From assembly GCA_965649765.1 (NCBI GenBank), contig OZ287748.1, forward strand, positions 76,012,001-76,076,000: DNA of 64,000 nucleotides, written 5' to 3'. Within the stretch, counting starts at the first letter, position 1, and each line of letters begins with the position of its first letter. This DNA comes from Bispira polyomma. Its lineage: Eukaryota. This document shows positions 13,556 through 26,589 of this stretch, in pieces. The position numbers and the translations under genes were made by a program. The notes beneath the pieces are model-generated. The model saw nothing but the letters and a program-made list of their open reading frames with translations, was not told where the DNA came from and did not search any database.

Positions 13556-15200
13556 TAAATATGTTTTTGCAAACTACAAGCCCCTACTGGCCTAGAGCTG
13601 TGGGCAATTGTTTATAAATAAATCTAGTTTAAATAAAAAATTCCATGTTGTATTGTATTGCATTATAGATTTTTAACACACCTTTTTGCGAGGCATCTTC
13701 AAAAGCGCAACAACAGAATCAGTTAGAGAAGTCCAAAAACAAAGCAAGGTAATAAGGATGTGGGGATGTACAAGGAGGGAAATAATGGTGGTTTTAAGCT
13801 TTTTCGAAAAGCCAGAAAGTGTTTTAAGTGATCTAAGCTCAACAGGGGCAGCAATAGAGAAAGCTCTAGATCCAGCCCTCTTAATGTTGAGATTAATTGC
13901 TATGCATGGTGTATTTCAGGTGATATATTTGCAATAATGTTTTCTTTTCGTGTTGTATAATCTACACATTCTTCCTTTCTGCTTTCTTTTATGTGTTATC
14001 CAGTAATAAAAATACAAACATGAAATACAATAGTATACAAATTTACAAATCCTGACAAAACCTTATGCCAAGCCCAATGACTGCATATCACATTATGAAG
14101 AAATACCATTCAATCTTTATCCTAAATATGTATCAGTATACTTGGGACTCGTAATGTATAGTAATGTTGTCTTTTTTTCTGGGCAAACAATACTATCATG
14201 AGGGAACTTAGTAGTATCTTGTAGGAGTGATATACTGTTTTGACGGGAACAAGATCCAGTGAAATGCTATCTTGGGGAAATGAAATAATACTATGTCACT
14301 CCAGGGCTCAGTATACACTGCACAATATATATATTTGATCTCTGAAAATAAGCAGATAAAATATCTAGTGTATTATTTAGTAAAAAGTAAAATCTTCTCT
14401 GTAAACGATTACATGTGTTTCCATATATTGATGCCATTGGTTTATTTACTACCATTATTATTTACCGAAAAAATCCATTGCTATTTTCAGATAAAGGCAC
14501 GGTCACCCTTGTGCTGCCATGAAGTAAACAACGAGAGCATCAGTGAAGGTAACAGGTGAAATCAATGTTCTCATAGACTTCAGAGAGACATAGCATGACA
14601 TCACAGTTAGAATCTTGGATAGAGAGTGAGATGTGAAAGTCAGTAGTGTTTGCTGGAGTACAATAAATAAGACACAGTTATATCTTACTGAGGATTTCCT
14701 AAATACCAAAGCAGGATTTAAGTTTTAGAAAATAAATAGAGGATACTTTGCATTTTCATTCTGTGGAAGTTAGTTAAAAGTTGAAGATCCGTTAAAGTCA
14801 GGTGTTAATTACAGTGCATTAAGCTGTAGTAACACTTAATTAAATGGTATAACAGGAGATATGCGTGTATTCTTGGACTTGTAAATCCGATTACTGCCAA
14901 TTGTGAACAAAAGACAAAAAAACAATTTATCAGACAAAAAAATTGGGGCCAAAAAACCCCCAACTCCCAGAGAGCAAGTGGTTAATAACATTTTTCTGGT
15001 GAGAACATTCCAAAGTGCTTTACAACTAGCACGCCAGTGACTGTTAATCACAAAGATGTGTGAACTCACAGTTTAGCCATCTCTGCTAATCACTGTCATT
15101 TACTACAGGGGGTAACAGTCCCCATAAAAATGTGATTAATTTGTTAGGCCTTCACCATTGCAACACATAACTGAGCGCTCGGGGTTGTAAGTTCTCTGCA

Positions 15201-15253
15201 GGATTGGTTAGAGAGGAGATTTTTTATACACCCCCACATTGGGATATAAAAAG
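15201..15253 (+). promoter_or_regulatory. Possible core promoter of the GPCR (reverse CCAAT box plus TATA-like element)
   Basis: gattggtt at ~15202 and gatataaaaag at ~15243, just upstream of the ORF. Motif match only. Confidence 0.3.
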
Positions 15254-15277
15254 CTAGCACATCTAAAGGTCATTTAG

Positions 15278-16588
15278 ATGGCGTTTCTAATGGAGTTGAC
15301 CACTGATAAACCAGTGTTGTCAGTATTGATGTCAAGTGGTTTATCATCGCCACTGATGAATGATAACTTGACAAGGTCATTGGAAAATGGGAATGATTCC
15401 CAGAGACTATGGAACAATACGATGAATATTAATGGCAGCATTTACATGCCGACTTTAGCTCAAGAAGATGTGACATTATGTCGAACCTATGATTTTGTTA
15501 TGGAAGCCATCCTGATGGGACTGTTTTGTATTTTTGGCTTCTGCGGAAACACACTATCGATGATCTGCCTCTCGAGGGACAAGTCTAAAACAGCAACTCC
15601 CTTTCTTTTAGTATCGCTCGAGGCCGCAGATACATTTTTCTTATTTACTGTCATCATCCTCAGAGTTATGGCTTCAACAGCCGATTATTTCAGAATTGAG
15701 CAATTGGCCCCTCTGTGGCCCTATGCTGGCAAATATATCTACCCGTTTGCACTTATCTCCGAGACAGGGACAATATACCTCACGCTGCTGGTCACGGTAA
15801 ACAGATATGTCTCAGTGTGTAAGCCTTACGATGCCTCAAGCTTATGCTCCGTTCCTCATGCTCGGAATCACATACTTCTCATCATGGCCTTTGCTATTGT
15901 CTACAACATTCCCCGATTCTTTGAGTACACCATCATGGAGTATCCCCATCCTGAGAAACCCGGCGTTATTATCTGGGTGGCAGCCCCTTCAGACCTCCTC
16001 AACAACGAAATCTATCAGATCCTCTATGCCAATGCACTCTACTCCATTGTCATGTTCCTTGTGCCCTTGGTGATGCTGATATTTCTCAACTCCAACCTAA
16101 TTATCGCCCTAAGGGAAACCAAGAGAAAACGCGCCCAACTCCTGCACAATTCGGACAATCACAACAAATCGGAGGATGACATTACCTTAGTCCTTATCGT
16201 GGTTGTACTGGTATTCGTCATCTGCCAGACTCCCGCCCTGGTTACTCAAGTACTCAGTAATGTCCTCTCACGGGATCTCAGAGGCTGTGCGTCTATGTTT
16301 TTCTTTTACGAGAGAATCAGCGATCTATTGGTGGTGTGCAATAGCTCCATCAATTTTATCATCTACTGCTTCTGTAGCCAAAAGTTCAGGCATATCCTCA
16401 AGTCTCTAATCTGCAAAGAAGCCGTGGAATCGCCGGAAACACGGCGTGCTGCGCATGCACGGCCGAAAAGCGACAAACCAGTGAAAAAGGAAAACACCCA
16501 GTATAAACTGGTACCCAGTGAACAGACGGAGAAGAATGGGCACACCACAGTCACAACAGACTCTACTGACTTAGATACTAAATTATAA
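15278..16588 (+). CDS. Class A (rhodopsin-like) peptide GPCR, FMRFamide receptor / sex-peptide-receptor-like, single coding exon
   Basis: Uninterrupted 436-aa ORF with seven hydrophobic segments. Motifs: TM1 GFCGN, TM2 LEAAD, TM3 TVNRYVSVC (DRY variant), TM4 YNIPRFFE, TM6 FVICQTP, TM7 NSSINFIIYC. N-terminal N-glycosylation sequons (NLT, NDS, NNT, NGS). The true start may be a downstream Met. Confidence 0.93.
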   Translation: MAFLMELTTDKPVLSVLMSSGLSSPLMNDNLTRSLENGNDSQRLWNNTMNINGSIYMPTLAQEDVTLCRTYDFVMEAILMGLFCIFGFCGNTLSMICLSRDKSKTATPFLLVSLEAADTFFLFTVIILRVMASTADYFRIEQLAPLWPYAGKYIYPFALISETGTIYLTLLVTVNRYVSVCKPYDASSLCSVPHARNHILLIMAFAIVYNIPRFFEYTIMEYPHPEKPGVIIWVAAPSDLLNNEIYQILYANALYSIVMFLVPLVMLIFLNSNLIIALRETKRKRAQLLHNSDNHNKSEDDITLVLIVVVLVFVICQTPALVTQVLSNVLSRDLRGCASMFFFYERISDLLVVCNSSINFIIYCFCSQKFRHILKSLICKEAVESPETRRAAHARPKSDKPVKKENTQYKLVPSEQTEKNGHTTVTTDSTDLDTKL

Positions 16589-18177
16589 CTTGTCTCTCAC
16601 TCAACACATGTACTTTGATGTTCTTGTAAGATTCACAGAATGTGAATGTGTGGGTTGTTCTGTTGCCGAATTGAAGGCTTGATCTACAACAAATGTGAAT
16701 TTTCACTAGGATAATATTAATAGTTTATTGTGCATTTAGTTAAAGTATTAAATGAAATACTTAATTTATTTAAAATTATTAAACGACTCCTTCTCATTAT
16801 GAAATATTTATTTATTATTTTTCTTAAATATCTTCTGTAATTTTAGTTTATGTTTCTTTAATTAGGTAGCTACATTTATTCGTCAAGTTTATAAATGCGC
16901 AAAATATGCCCTACAGTCCCTACAATTTGCCAAACAACTTTTGTGTCAACAACAGAGATCTTTAGTCTACAGAGAGAACCTCGGTAAATTCTATTTACAA
17001 GTAGAAGACAATAGTTTTAACTTAGTCTTAAGCTTAACATGTATGTCTCAAATATTTAAGACTGCCTACTTCTTAGGATCAAATTGAACACTAACCAACG
17101 ATCTTTTCTTACTATCACTGGGACTAAGTACAAAATCTTAACATTTTTGGTGGCCACAATAAAGACCAAAAATCTGAAGATTAAGGTAAGTCTAGGACCT
17201 TGTGTGTCATAATGACGTCACAGTGGATAATAAAACCTCTAGTCGTTAGGCATATTGTGTGTTGATAAGGAAAGTCCTCGGTTTGACTCCTGGTAACACA
17301 ATAAATGATTATTGAGAGATAACATTCTTTGGCAATATGTAAATATGCCTCCCTGCCTGCTGATGGCCAATTGGCTATTGCTAGGATCATGATTATAGGT
17401 TTATTGTTAATTATTGTTAAAATATACAATACAAAAATATAAGTTACCATATTAATGTTTAACTTATTACTTCAGTCACTGTATGTGTTGTTTGGTATTT
17501 AAATAAGTTTGTGATATTTATTTTCTTTATATATTGTGATATTGTAGTAAATCTGCCGTTTTTAAAAATATTTGAACTGATGTATTTTATACATATTAAA
17601 TTATTTATTTATTTATTTTTTGTATATAGAAGTTGAAGCAACTTGATCTGAAATCTAAAATTCATAATTATGATGTCTTAACTTGATATGCCTGTAAATA
17701 TAGTAGATTTTCATTTGAATAATTAAAGTATTTAAGTAATTAGCTAAACTATTTAATAATTCTTTATGATTTGATATATCAGCATTAAATATGTTACTAC
17801 TTTAGTCTTAATAGGTTTTTTCTTTTTTTTTCCAAGATCATGTACATATTTCTATTAGTTTATGTTAATATAATGATGTAAATGTTTTGTTTCAATGCAT
17901 TCAGTATTTTATTCACATAATGTTTCTTGTTAAACTTCGAATATATCTTTTTATCTGTTGTCAGTTTTCCTTATCCTTTGTCCTTGAAGTTTTATTGGTG
18001 TAAAATATATATAATAATGAATAAATTTTCACTACACATATTTTTAAACCTAAAAATATCAGCACACATTGACTACTTCAAAATGGACACGTTGTAATAA
18101 GTGGTTTATGTCAAACTAGAGAAAAAGGAAAACAAAGGGAAATAGCTGGCATGCCTTAATTCACTTTTATAATAATA

Positions 18178-18330
18178 CCACTGTGGCTGAGTGGGTAATG
18201 TACTCACTTGGGAATACAGAGGACCTGGGTTCCATCCTAGTCTGGGGCAACCAAATACAGGCGGATACATAGCGGTTCGTGTCACGACATAAAATTGCGG
18301 TCCAGTATCATTGGGTTCTGTCCCCCCTGG
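18178..18330 (+). mobile_element. tRNA-derived SINE head; similar heads at ~31185-31258 (-), 59740-59870 (+) and 58640-58880 (-)
   Basis: gtggctgagtgggtaatg (A box) and gggttccatcc (B box). Confidence 0.55.
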
Positions 18331-18857
18331 CAAACTAAACAACCTTGGGGACATAAATAACAGGTTATTCTCAAGCATCCTTTTTGAGTTAGGGACATGA
18401 GAGTTACTAGTGCTAGTTGGCATCACTTATTAGGTAAAAAGAACTGAGTCATTGCGGAAGGTCATACCCAAGAGATATGATCAGATTTAAAAAATACTGT
18501 ATAGCGCATAAAGCAGCTATCTGTATTCATTAAAGTGATTCACTTATAAGTCTACTTTTTTCTCTAATTGTTATCTGGATAAGTGAGATAATCTTATCAA
18601 GATATTGGCCAAATTAACTCAGATCTTTAGAAAATGACTGATCGGGAAAATGCTAATCAACAAGATTCTTATATCTGTATGATTCAAAGCACAGTCAGTA
18701 GTAAGGCTTTTAACCCCCAGAATGACCCCCATGTCTTGCTATTACAAGGATTATAGGATTTTGATTCAATATTAATGATCGGAAATCCAGGGTTACATTT
18801 TTACCTTTGATTCACAAGAAAAAAAACGAATTTCCAGGTTTATAACGACATTTTGTC

Positions 18858-19090
18858 TAGTGGTTCAACTCCTGTTGAATTTGCTAGATTCATTGGTGGG
18901 ATAGTATCCTTGGGCAAGATGTGAACATGCCATTGCCTACTGATGACGACAACTAGTGTCTGTCCCTGTATCTGAGAAACCTAGTTTGTTAGAAGTGTGT
19001 TAGAAGTGAGTTACCAACTAGGCCATGGTGGCATAATCGTATTATATATTTGTAACATGCTTTATTGATTCGAGGCATCTACTGAATCGC
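18858..19090 (+). mobile_element. CORE/V-like SINE; second copy at ~61580-61695
   Basis: Both copies share ggttcaactcc...atccttgggcaagatgtgaacatgcca. Confidence 0.55.
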
Positions 19091-22000
19091 AAAAACCAAA
19101 TCAATCAATCATGTGTCTTACAACATAGTCTGGGTCAATTACAGAGGCACCGCCTCCTTTAACTGGACCATACAGTGTCTTATTAGCTGTCAAATACAGA
19201 GGCACGCCTCATTCGACTGGTCCATACAGTTTAACAGCTGAAAAACCATCCCAGAAAGTTAATATGGTGTACTTCATGCAAGTAAATCAAAACAACTATT
19301 GATCGGATGAAACCTTGAAAAATATTTCTAGCCAAATTTTTTGCTGCAAGACCTAACTTTTACAGTACAATGAAACATTGGAAATCTTTGCAATAGTAAA
19401 GTGGTAAAACAATTAAAGTAAAAGCTTTGAAAAGGTTGTATAAATATCTTGATCTAAAAATAATTTGTCATCTAATTTTTGTCAAGGTGTAAACACCTTA
19501 GGGAAAAAAGTAATAGAAACATGATCTGTAATGCAATAACAATAATGCTTTCAGTGAAAAATGTACCTGTCCTAGTTAAAGAACAGCCTTTTTTAAAATT
19601 TATGTAAGCAAATAATTAAACTAATTGTAAACTAATTAGGTCATTGTATAAGATTACTTTTTTTTGTGGCTAGTTTGGATCAATTTCAGCTGTCCTAAGA
19701 AAGGTCACTGAACTTATTTAAAGCTTCCATTGAGATATTGTGTTACTCTCTAACAATTTCTCTTGATGAAAATTAGAAATACTATATTTTGTATGATTAT
19801 AACTGTCTCTTGTAATAGGTAGCACCTAGTTTTAAAGGCCAGTGGAAGGGGGGGGAGGAGGCGGGGTCCAAAATGACTGGTCTATTTATAACAGTATTTA
19901 GTCTAATTACCAAATAGCTTTTAATTAGATTTTGTGTACATATTCAAACTGATGCTTAGCTTAGTATTTCCCTGCATATTTTGGATTTAAAGTGATAATT
20001 GACCTTTTTATGACTGCAAAAGTAACAGTAAAATACCATATTCTATTGTATTTAAATCTTTATTGATCTACCTTTATCGGATATTGAAAGCATTAATTAA
20101 CCTTTTCTTGGCTACCTAAGAACGCCAACAATCACCAGTAACTGTCACTCCCTTAAGTGATGACAGGGTTCTTTAACATGCAACTGGTAGATAGAACGCA
20201 ATGACCACGGAGCACCATTATAAGTGTTAAATGATCTATATTTTGTATATTGTATTTGATTTTAAACAATCTGGGTGATTAAGTTTACCATTAGCCCACA
20301 TCATTATTTTTTAACTTTTACTTCTCGATTGGTTAACTAATTCTGTTGTTGCACTTTAGGAGATGCCTTGCATCAATAAGGCGTTTTTAGAATGGACAAT
20401 TAAATACAATTAACAGTTACCATGTTGTTTTATGATATTAATAAAATACATGCAGGCCTTCTTTACTTTAACTCCTAAAGTACAAACTTACTATTTTAAA
20501 TCAAATAATTTCATTTCGCCGGTATTAGTCTAAACATGCTATAATTAGTCTATAATTCAATTACCTGAGTACCCCGAGTTTACAAAAAAAAGAAAGAGTT
20601 TGCCAAAAATCATCCAAGTATAACTTAAAGGGTTTTAGTAACTGTCTAAATAGGCTTTTATAATTGAATTACCTGACTTGACCTGAGTACCCGGAGTTTA
20701 CAACGTAAACAATAGTGTGCCAAAGAACAACAACAATAACCAGTGGATATTGCTTATTAATGCAAGTTGCCATTTTGCACTTTAAAGGACAGTATCTAAG
20801 ATTACTACCAAAGGGAATATAAAGCCAGTTTATTTGGGCTGGAATGATAATTTGACAAAGTTTATCCATTAGCAGTGGTGAATAGCCGGGCCTAATGTAC
20901 ATGTGACATGCAATGTGCTGGAGATCAAAAGCTGCTGCACAACTTGTTCACTGCACTGGTGTGTTTTTTCTCTTAACCTGAGCAAAAGCCCAAGAGTTAT
21001 AGCAAGACATTTTGTTTGCAACCTTAATTTTTACCTATTTAGGGCTAGTCATATTTGTAAGCAATGTTTTTTCATATTTCCTTAATTTAAACAGATCTAT
21101 GTAAAATATTTGTTTTTGATATCTTAGAACAAGGAGAATTTGTAGAGCTTAATTTGTTTTAGACACGCAGGGGACTTTTAATCCTGATTCTGATTTAAAT
21201 TTGAAAAATTCGCCTTAAAGAGTAAGCTGTCAGAAAATTGGTGAAACTCTTGATGATACTCCTTTTGGAATAGAGTTTACTGCTTTTGGGAGTTAAGCTA
21301 ATATTATAAGGAACTGTTCTCATTTAGTTACACATAAATACTTTGATGTAAACATTAATGAAAAAAAGTCCACAGCATTGAATGATAAGTTAGATTTTTT
21401 AGATTCTTATGTAATAAAGCCATATCATTTAATCTACATTTTAATAAGTCAGTTAATTTAATTAATCTGCTGTTTACATAGATTTTACACAGTTACCTAT
21501 ACAAAATATCAAACTACTTGAAGTGTCTACCTAGTACTGGTACAGTTTTCTTTTTCTTCTTTTAGATTGGCATTCATAGCTATACAACCCCTCATATGCA
21601 AACAATCAATGTTTATTTAGCTCCGGAAAATCAGAGTAGACAACAAAAACAGCTACAACTTGGTGGATACCTATGTAGTTTTGTAGTTTTCTAGGATTTC
21701 AAATCTTCTAAAGCTGTCCTAAACTAGTATCTGTAAGTCAGTGAATAATAGGTCTTTTTCAAGAAATGGCAACAACAGTCGTTTGAAATATATTGGTATG
21801 GTGACCTTTGGTGAAGGTCAAGTGTGCCTAACATGACCTTGTTAATTTGTAATGCCCTGAGCCGAACGGCACCAATTCGCTGGCAGAGAGTTCTGCTGCC
21901 CAGAGCCTTTATTCAACTCTCAAACTCTATTATCGGAACTCAGAGGGAGGTGTAGGCAGGAGGACTCTCCGCGTGGAGTCTAGGCTCCAGCTTACCCAGA

Positions 22001-22511
22001 GCTGGTTGTCTGATCTAAATAATTCCTTTGGTCACCATGGTATATATGAAATGATGGAAGTCTGGCTATGTTTGGGATAAGTTTTATTACTTATTTGTCC
22101 CAAAAACATCTGTACAACATGAAATTTTTGACTAAAATTCCTAAAATGCCATTTACAGAGCAGAAACTGCTCAACATGTAAAGGATAACAATATAGGTTA
22201 ACGTTCGGACCATAAGTCATATAATAAATGACATAACAAATAATATAATTGCAATAACGCATAAGTCATACAATAAATGACATAAAATGTAATATAGTAG
22301 CAATAATGCATAAGTCAAAATGACATAAAATGTGGTTACATAAAAATAAGCAGGAAACAAAGAGATATGAGTCTCCAATGTAACTGGCCGAGGTAGGCAA
22401 TGGTTTTGAACATGAACATTTCTTAAAATTTCTGCCTACGAGGGACAATGTAAATCACACATCCACTTGTCGTTGATTAATCACCTCATACTGTTGCATA
22501 ATCTCATCTAT

Positions 22512-22756
22512 AGCCGTATCCATAACCGTATCTATAACCGTACCTATAACTGCATCTATAACGGTATCTATAACCACATCCATACCCGTATCTATACCCA
22601 TATCTATAACCATATCCACAACCATATCTATAACTGTATCCAGAACCGTATCTATAACCGCATCTATAACCATATCCATAATCATATCCATAACCACACA
22701 TATAACCATACCTATAACCGTATATATAACCGTATCTATAACCATATCTATAACTG
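22512..22756. repeat. 12-bp minisatellite (consensus ataaccgtatct, ~20 copies); related array in reverse at ~56388-56486
   Basis: Directly visible period-12 array. Confidence 0.95.
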
Positions 22757-24381
22757 TCTCTTTCCGGCTTTTACTGTCTCTCACCGTTAGTAGAATATTT
22801 GCTGATGGCGGGGGACAGTAATAACTGCTAAGAGACGGTTTTACATGTGGTTGTGCAACAGTATGAGGTGGTAAGCTGCAATATAGATTCCGTAAGACGC
22901 GTTTAGAAACGGTACAAAATCGGTTGTGACACGGCAACAACTAGTGAGAGGCGGTTACCTTATATGGTAGGGGCGGGTTCATACATCTGATGGTTCTCCT
23001 ATATATAGCGTACACGTGCATATTACATCAATTCCATTTTATAGTGTCAGAAAAGGAACTTCGGTATGTTTTTATCTCTTGAATTATTCACTGGTGAATT
23101 ATTTTTGCACTTGTATCAGTTTATGACTATTTGTTTAGTTTTGCAATTAAAGGAATAATGCCTGGTAAAAGGTCTAAAAATATTAGTACCCTGTGTTTGA
23201 GGGATGATCCGGAAAGTGACAATAAAGCTGACAACAGAGGACACAGAAAATTGTGGGGTGAACCCACAGGAAAAAAGAAGGGTCAAGCTGCTCCTGGAAA
23301 CAGTGAGGAGGACAACCTGATAGACCGAGGCAACCTCTGCCTTTATGTGAAAGACATGAAAAAGTAACCTCACAGCCAAAAAAGCCAAACTCTCATAATA
23401 CAAGACTGTTAAGATAAACCTGAGCAGTAAGATTTTTTTTTTTTATTTGTAATATAATAAACATGTAAATAAATATGTAGTGAATATATGACATAAATAC
23501 TGTATACATGCTAATGTAATAAATATAATAAATAATATATATAATGTAATTGTTGTAATCAAATAAAAAGGTGTTATGCTGATGTATGGGCAAATGTGTT
23601 TTCTTTCTTGTTTAATCAGAATGTGGCATTTTATTAAATAATTTAAGGTATTTTGGTTGTGGTTTTTTTGTATATTATGAAGGGCAGTGCTGGTAAAAGA
23701 GCATTAGAACTCGCTATGGGATGCAGTCTGCCACAAAATCTGGTGATGGGGCCAGTTAATAGACAGACCGGAACAAGCACATCATGGGGAAATTTGACTT
23801 CCTTCATAGACATATCGTCTGCATGCCCAGCAGGCAGTCTTGTAATGCAGGTATTAATATATAAAGTTATATTTGTATGTTAAGTGTGTGTACAATTAGA
23901 TGAATAATAAACATAATAAAAAAGATGTAGTGACCAATTGAACCCCCCCCACAAATGTATGGTAGCACTAAAGCAAAAAAAATTTAATGACAAAGTGAGG
24001 GCCCCCTCCTCTCTCCACAAATCAAATTTACGGAATTACGGTAGCACCAAAGGAAATATAATAATTGGAAAAATTGGTGTACCAAATAAAAATCCTAGCT
24101 AGCCCCCTGGACAGCCTTAGGGATTCACCACCTAGACCTGAAGCAAGCGGCAACATTACAGCCTGTAAAGCGCACCAAAACCTAATGCATGCTTTGAGCT
24201 GTAGTAATGATGGTTCCAGGAAGGCCTTTGAGAAGATGGACAAGGTCCTGAGTCAGTTACCAGCCGAATATGGATTGAACCCATGGATGCTGACCTGGAT
24301 GGACCAGATTTACCAAAGCATCTGGAAGGCATCAACAAACTGAAAAACAGTTTTTGACTTTGTATAGTGTAATAACTGAAT

Positions 24382-24900
24382 AATGTAATATCTGTGTATA
24401 TCAGCGCATCAAACACCTAAGCTTTCGGGGTTTCCCCTTTAGCTCAACTGTAAGGTACTAGACTTTTAATCTTGAAGATCCAAACAGCCCTGGTTTTAAT
24501 CCCAGCCACGGCAAGTTATTTCAGTTGTTTATTTGGTGGAGATCAGTGGAATGATCCCCTCTTATAAGTCACGTGAGTTAGTTGAGTCAATGTAGTAGTT
24601 GTATAAGACTTGAGCATAGGTCTTTGTGGAGAAGAGGCATGTAATATCCGTGTATATCACCGCATTAAACACTTGGGCCTCTAGGGTTTTCCTTTTAACT
24701 CAAATAATAATAATAATAATAGCTAAATTTCTATAGCGCTAATATCAGAGATGCATTTCTATTCATTAGCGCTTTGGCGATGTTAATGGGAAGGGCTGTT
24801 CCTTCTTAAGCTTAACTGTTAGTGTACTGGACTATTAATCGTGAAGATCCTTAGAACCCCGGTTCAAATTCCAGTCACGGCAAGTAATTTCTGTTGTTTA
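24382..24900 (+). repeat. Two direct copies of a tRNA(Tyr/Phe)-like repeat (24382-24531 and 24639-24900), the second interrupted by a ~105-bp insert
   Basis: Shared atgtaatatc.gtgtatatca..tagctcaactg..gact..aatc.tgaagatcc..ggtt..aat.ccag.cacggcaagt. Confidence 0.65.
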
Positions 24901-26589
24901 CAATAATAACTGTATAACTGTCTATCACCAAAGAATAACCATCTTCTACCTTTTAGTGCCGTATCTTTTCTAAGGCTTTTCCATTTGAAACCTTCCACTG
25001 CCTTGTTCAACCTTATCTCTGCCATCTCTAACCGTTGAGGTACCTGGTGATACTGTATAAAGGTCGAGACTCAATATACCTTCTCCTTCCTTCTCTTTCC
25101 TTCTCTACACTGTGTCATAACTGAAGAAATACCTTCCAAAATTGCATCACTGCTGAGGCTTGCAAGTCTTTGACCTAATTTGCATATTTCCAGGCTATAT
25201 GGTAGCATGGAGAGGAAAGGTACATTATCTCCTATAACCTTCTACTAACGCCTACCATACCAGCAATGTGTGACCGGACTATATAGACTTGGCTAAGTTC
25301 ATAGACTGTACAATTGGTTAACTGATTCTGATGTTGCACTTTGGAAGATGACTAGCATCAATAAAGGGTGTTAAATATGCATAATAATAATGTCTGAAAA
25401 GGATTTTTTTATTTTATTCGACAGAGATTTAAATTCAAATATAGAAACGTGTTCTAGCAATCATTTTTCTTTTTTTCTTTGAGCGGCTTTACAACATATG
25501 TATTGTTCTTGGCTTTTAAAAATACTCTCATGACTTATTTATATATTTACATTGTTTATAAATCACTCTTTGTATAAACAAGAGGGAGTCTTACTGCTCT
25601 AAAATGTTTAAGTAAATATCCTGAACATTAAATCGATACTCTTTGCCTTTGATCGTTTGCATTTCATAGCCTGCAGTGGCCTATGCCCTAAGCTGTTGAA
25701 ACGACATAAAAACCAAACTAAATTCAAATTCACAAAAAATGTGAATTTTTGGTGAATATTGCTGGTGTCTTCACCAGTATCATCACAAGATAAATAAGTT
25801 GCCAATGCAAAGTTATACTGAATTGCATTATCTTGCAAGAGCATAAAGTTAAACCCAGTTGGTTTGATTATGGAACAACATATCAGGAGAGTAGCTAGGA
25901 TTATTCATTTGGTACTACCCATTTTTATTATGTTTTTTCTCTTTCTTTTTCTGTCATTATATTGGTACTAGAAGTACTGGCTTCTACACTAACTGCGCCC
26001 CAGTATATGACACACACCAACTCAAAACTAACAACTAATAATCAGTAAATTAACAAAAGGCAGTAATGCAGACAGTTGGCTAAATATCATAGGCGATGAT
26101 AAAAAGCTATTATTATAATTATAAGTTTTGTTTAGTCCATATTTTTGATTATATGAAATCCTACCTTATAATTGCCAAAAAGGAAAAAGGTCAAAAAGAA
26201 AGGATTAAATGATAACTCAGAGAGATGTACTGCATCATGAAAGAAATATGTTTTTAATCCTCAGAAGAAGGAATGTAAGGTCGGAGCTGTCTCGATGGAA
26301 TGAGGTGAACTATCCCACAGAGTAGGACCGTCAATTGCAAAACTTTTATCAATACAAAATAGGAACCTCAAATAATTTATGCTGGGTATTCCATCTCCTG
26401 GTATGAACACTGCATTTGTAGTATTTTAAGTATATAGGCAGGCCAGAGTCAAGACACTTATAAACTTTCGTAGCAGTTGAATTTCAAAACAATAAAAAAC
26501 TTGCTACACAACAGCCTTAGCGGTGGCTTTTAATTAGACCTGAATTTGGGTGCAATTAGATTTTAAAATGTTGGTTGTTTGTTGCCTGA

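Noticed and set aside
10-15069. Short 60-90 aa ORFs across the first 15 kb (and most of those after 52 kb)
   Set aside because: No recognisable motifs. Consistent with chance ORFs in AT-rich non-coding DNA.
15807-16554. Alternative-frame and antisense ORFs over the GPCR
   Set aside because: Shadow ORFs of a real coding sequence.
18938-18990. Hammerhead ribozyme (CTGATGA...GAAA)
   Set aside because: I could not build stems I-III around the core, and it lies inside a SINE body.
22455-22940. ORFs with GYGY/YNRI/VIDT repeats (resembling cuticle or shell proteins)
   Set aside because: They arise from a 12-bp minisatellite open in several frames on both strands, with no signal peptide or gene context.
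24432-24515. Functional tRNA gene
   Set aside because: Acceptor, D and T stems do not pair properly and the second copy is interrupted. Treated as a tRNA-derived repeat.
24900-25260. LINE ORF1 or esterase remnant on the minus strand
   Set aside because: Only a weak FFGD-like match, not enough to call.
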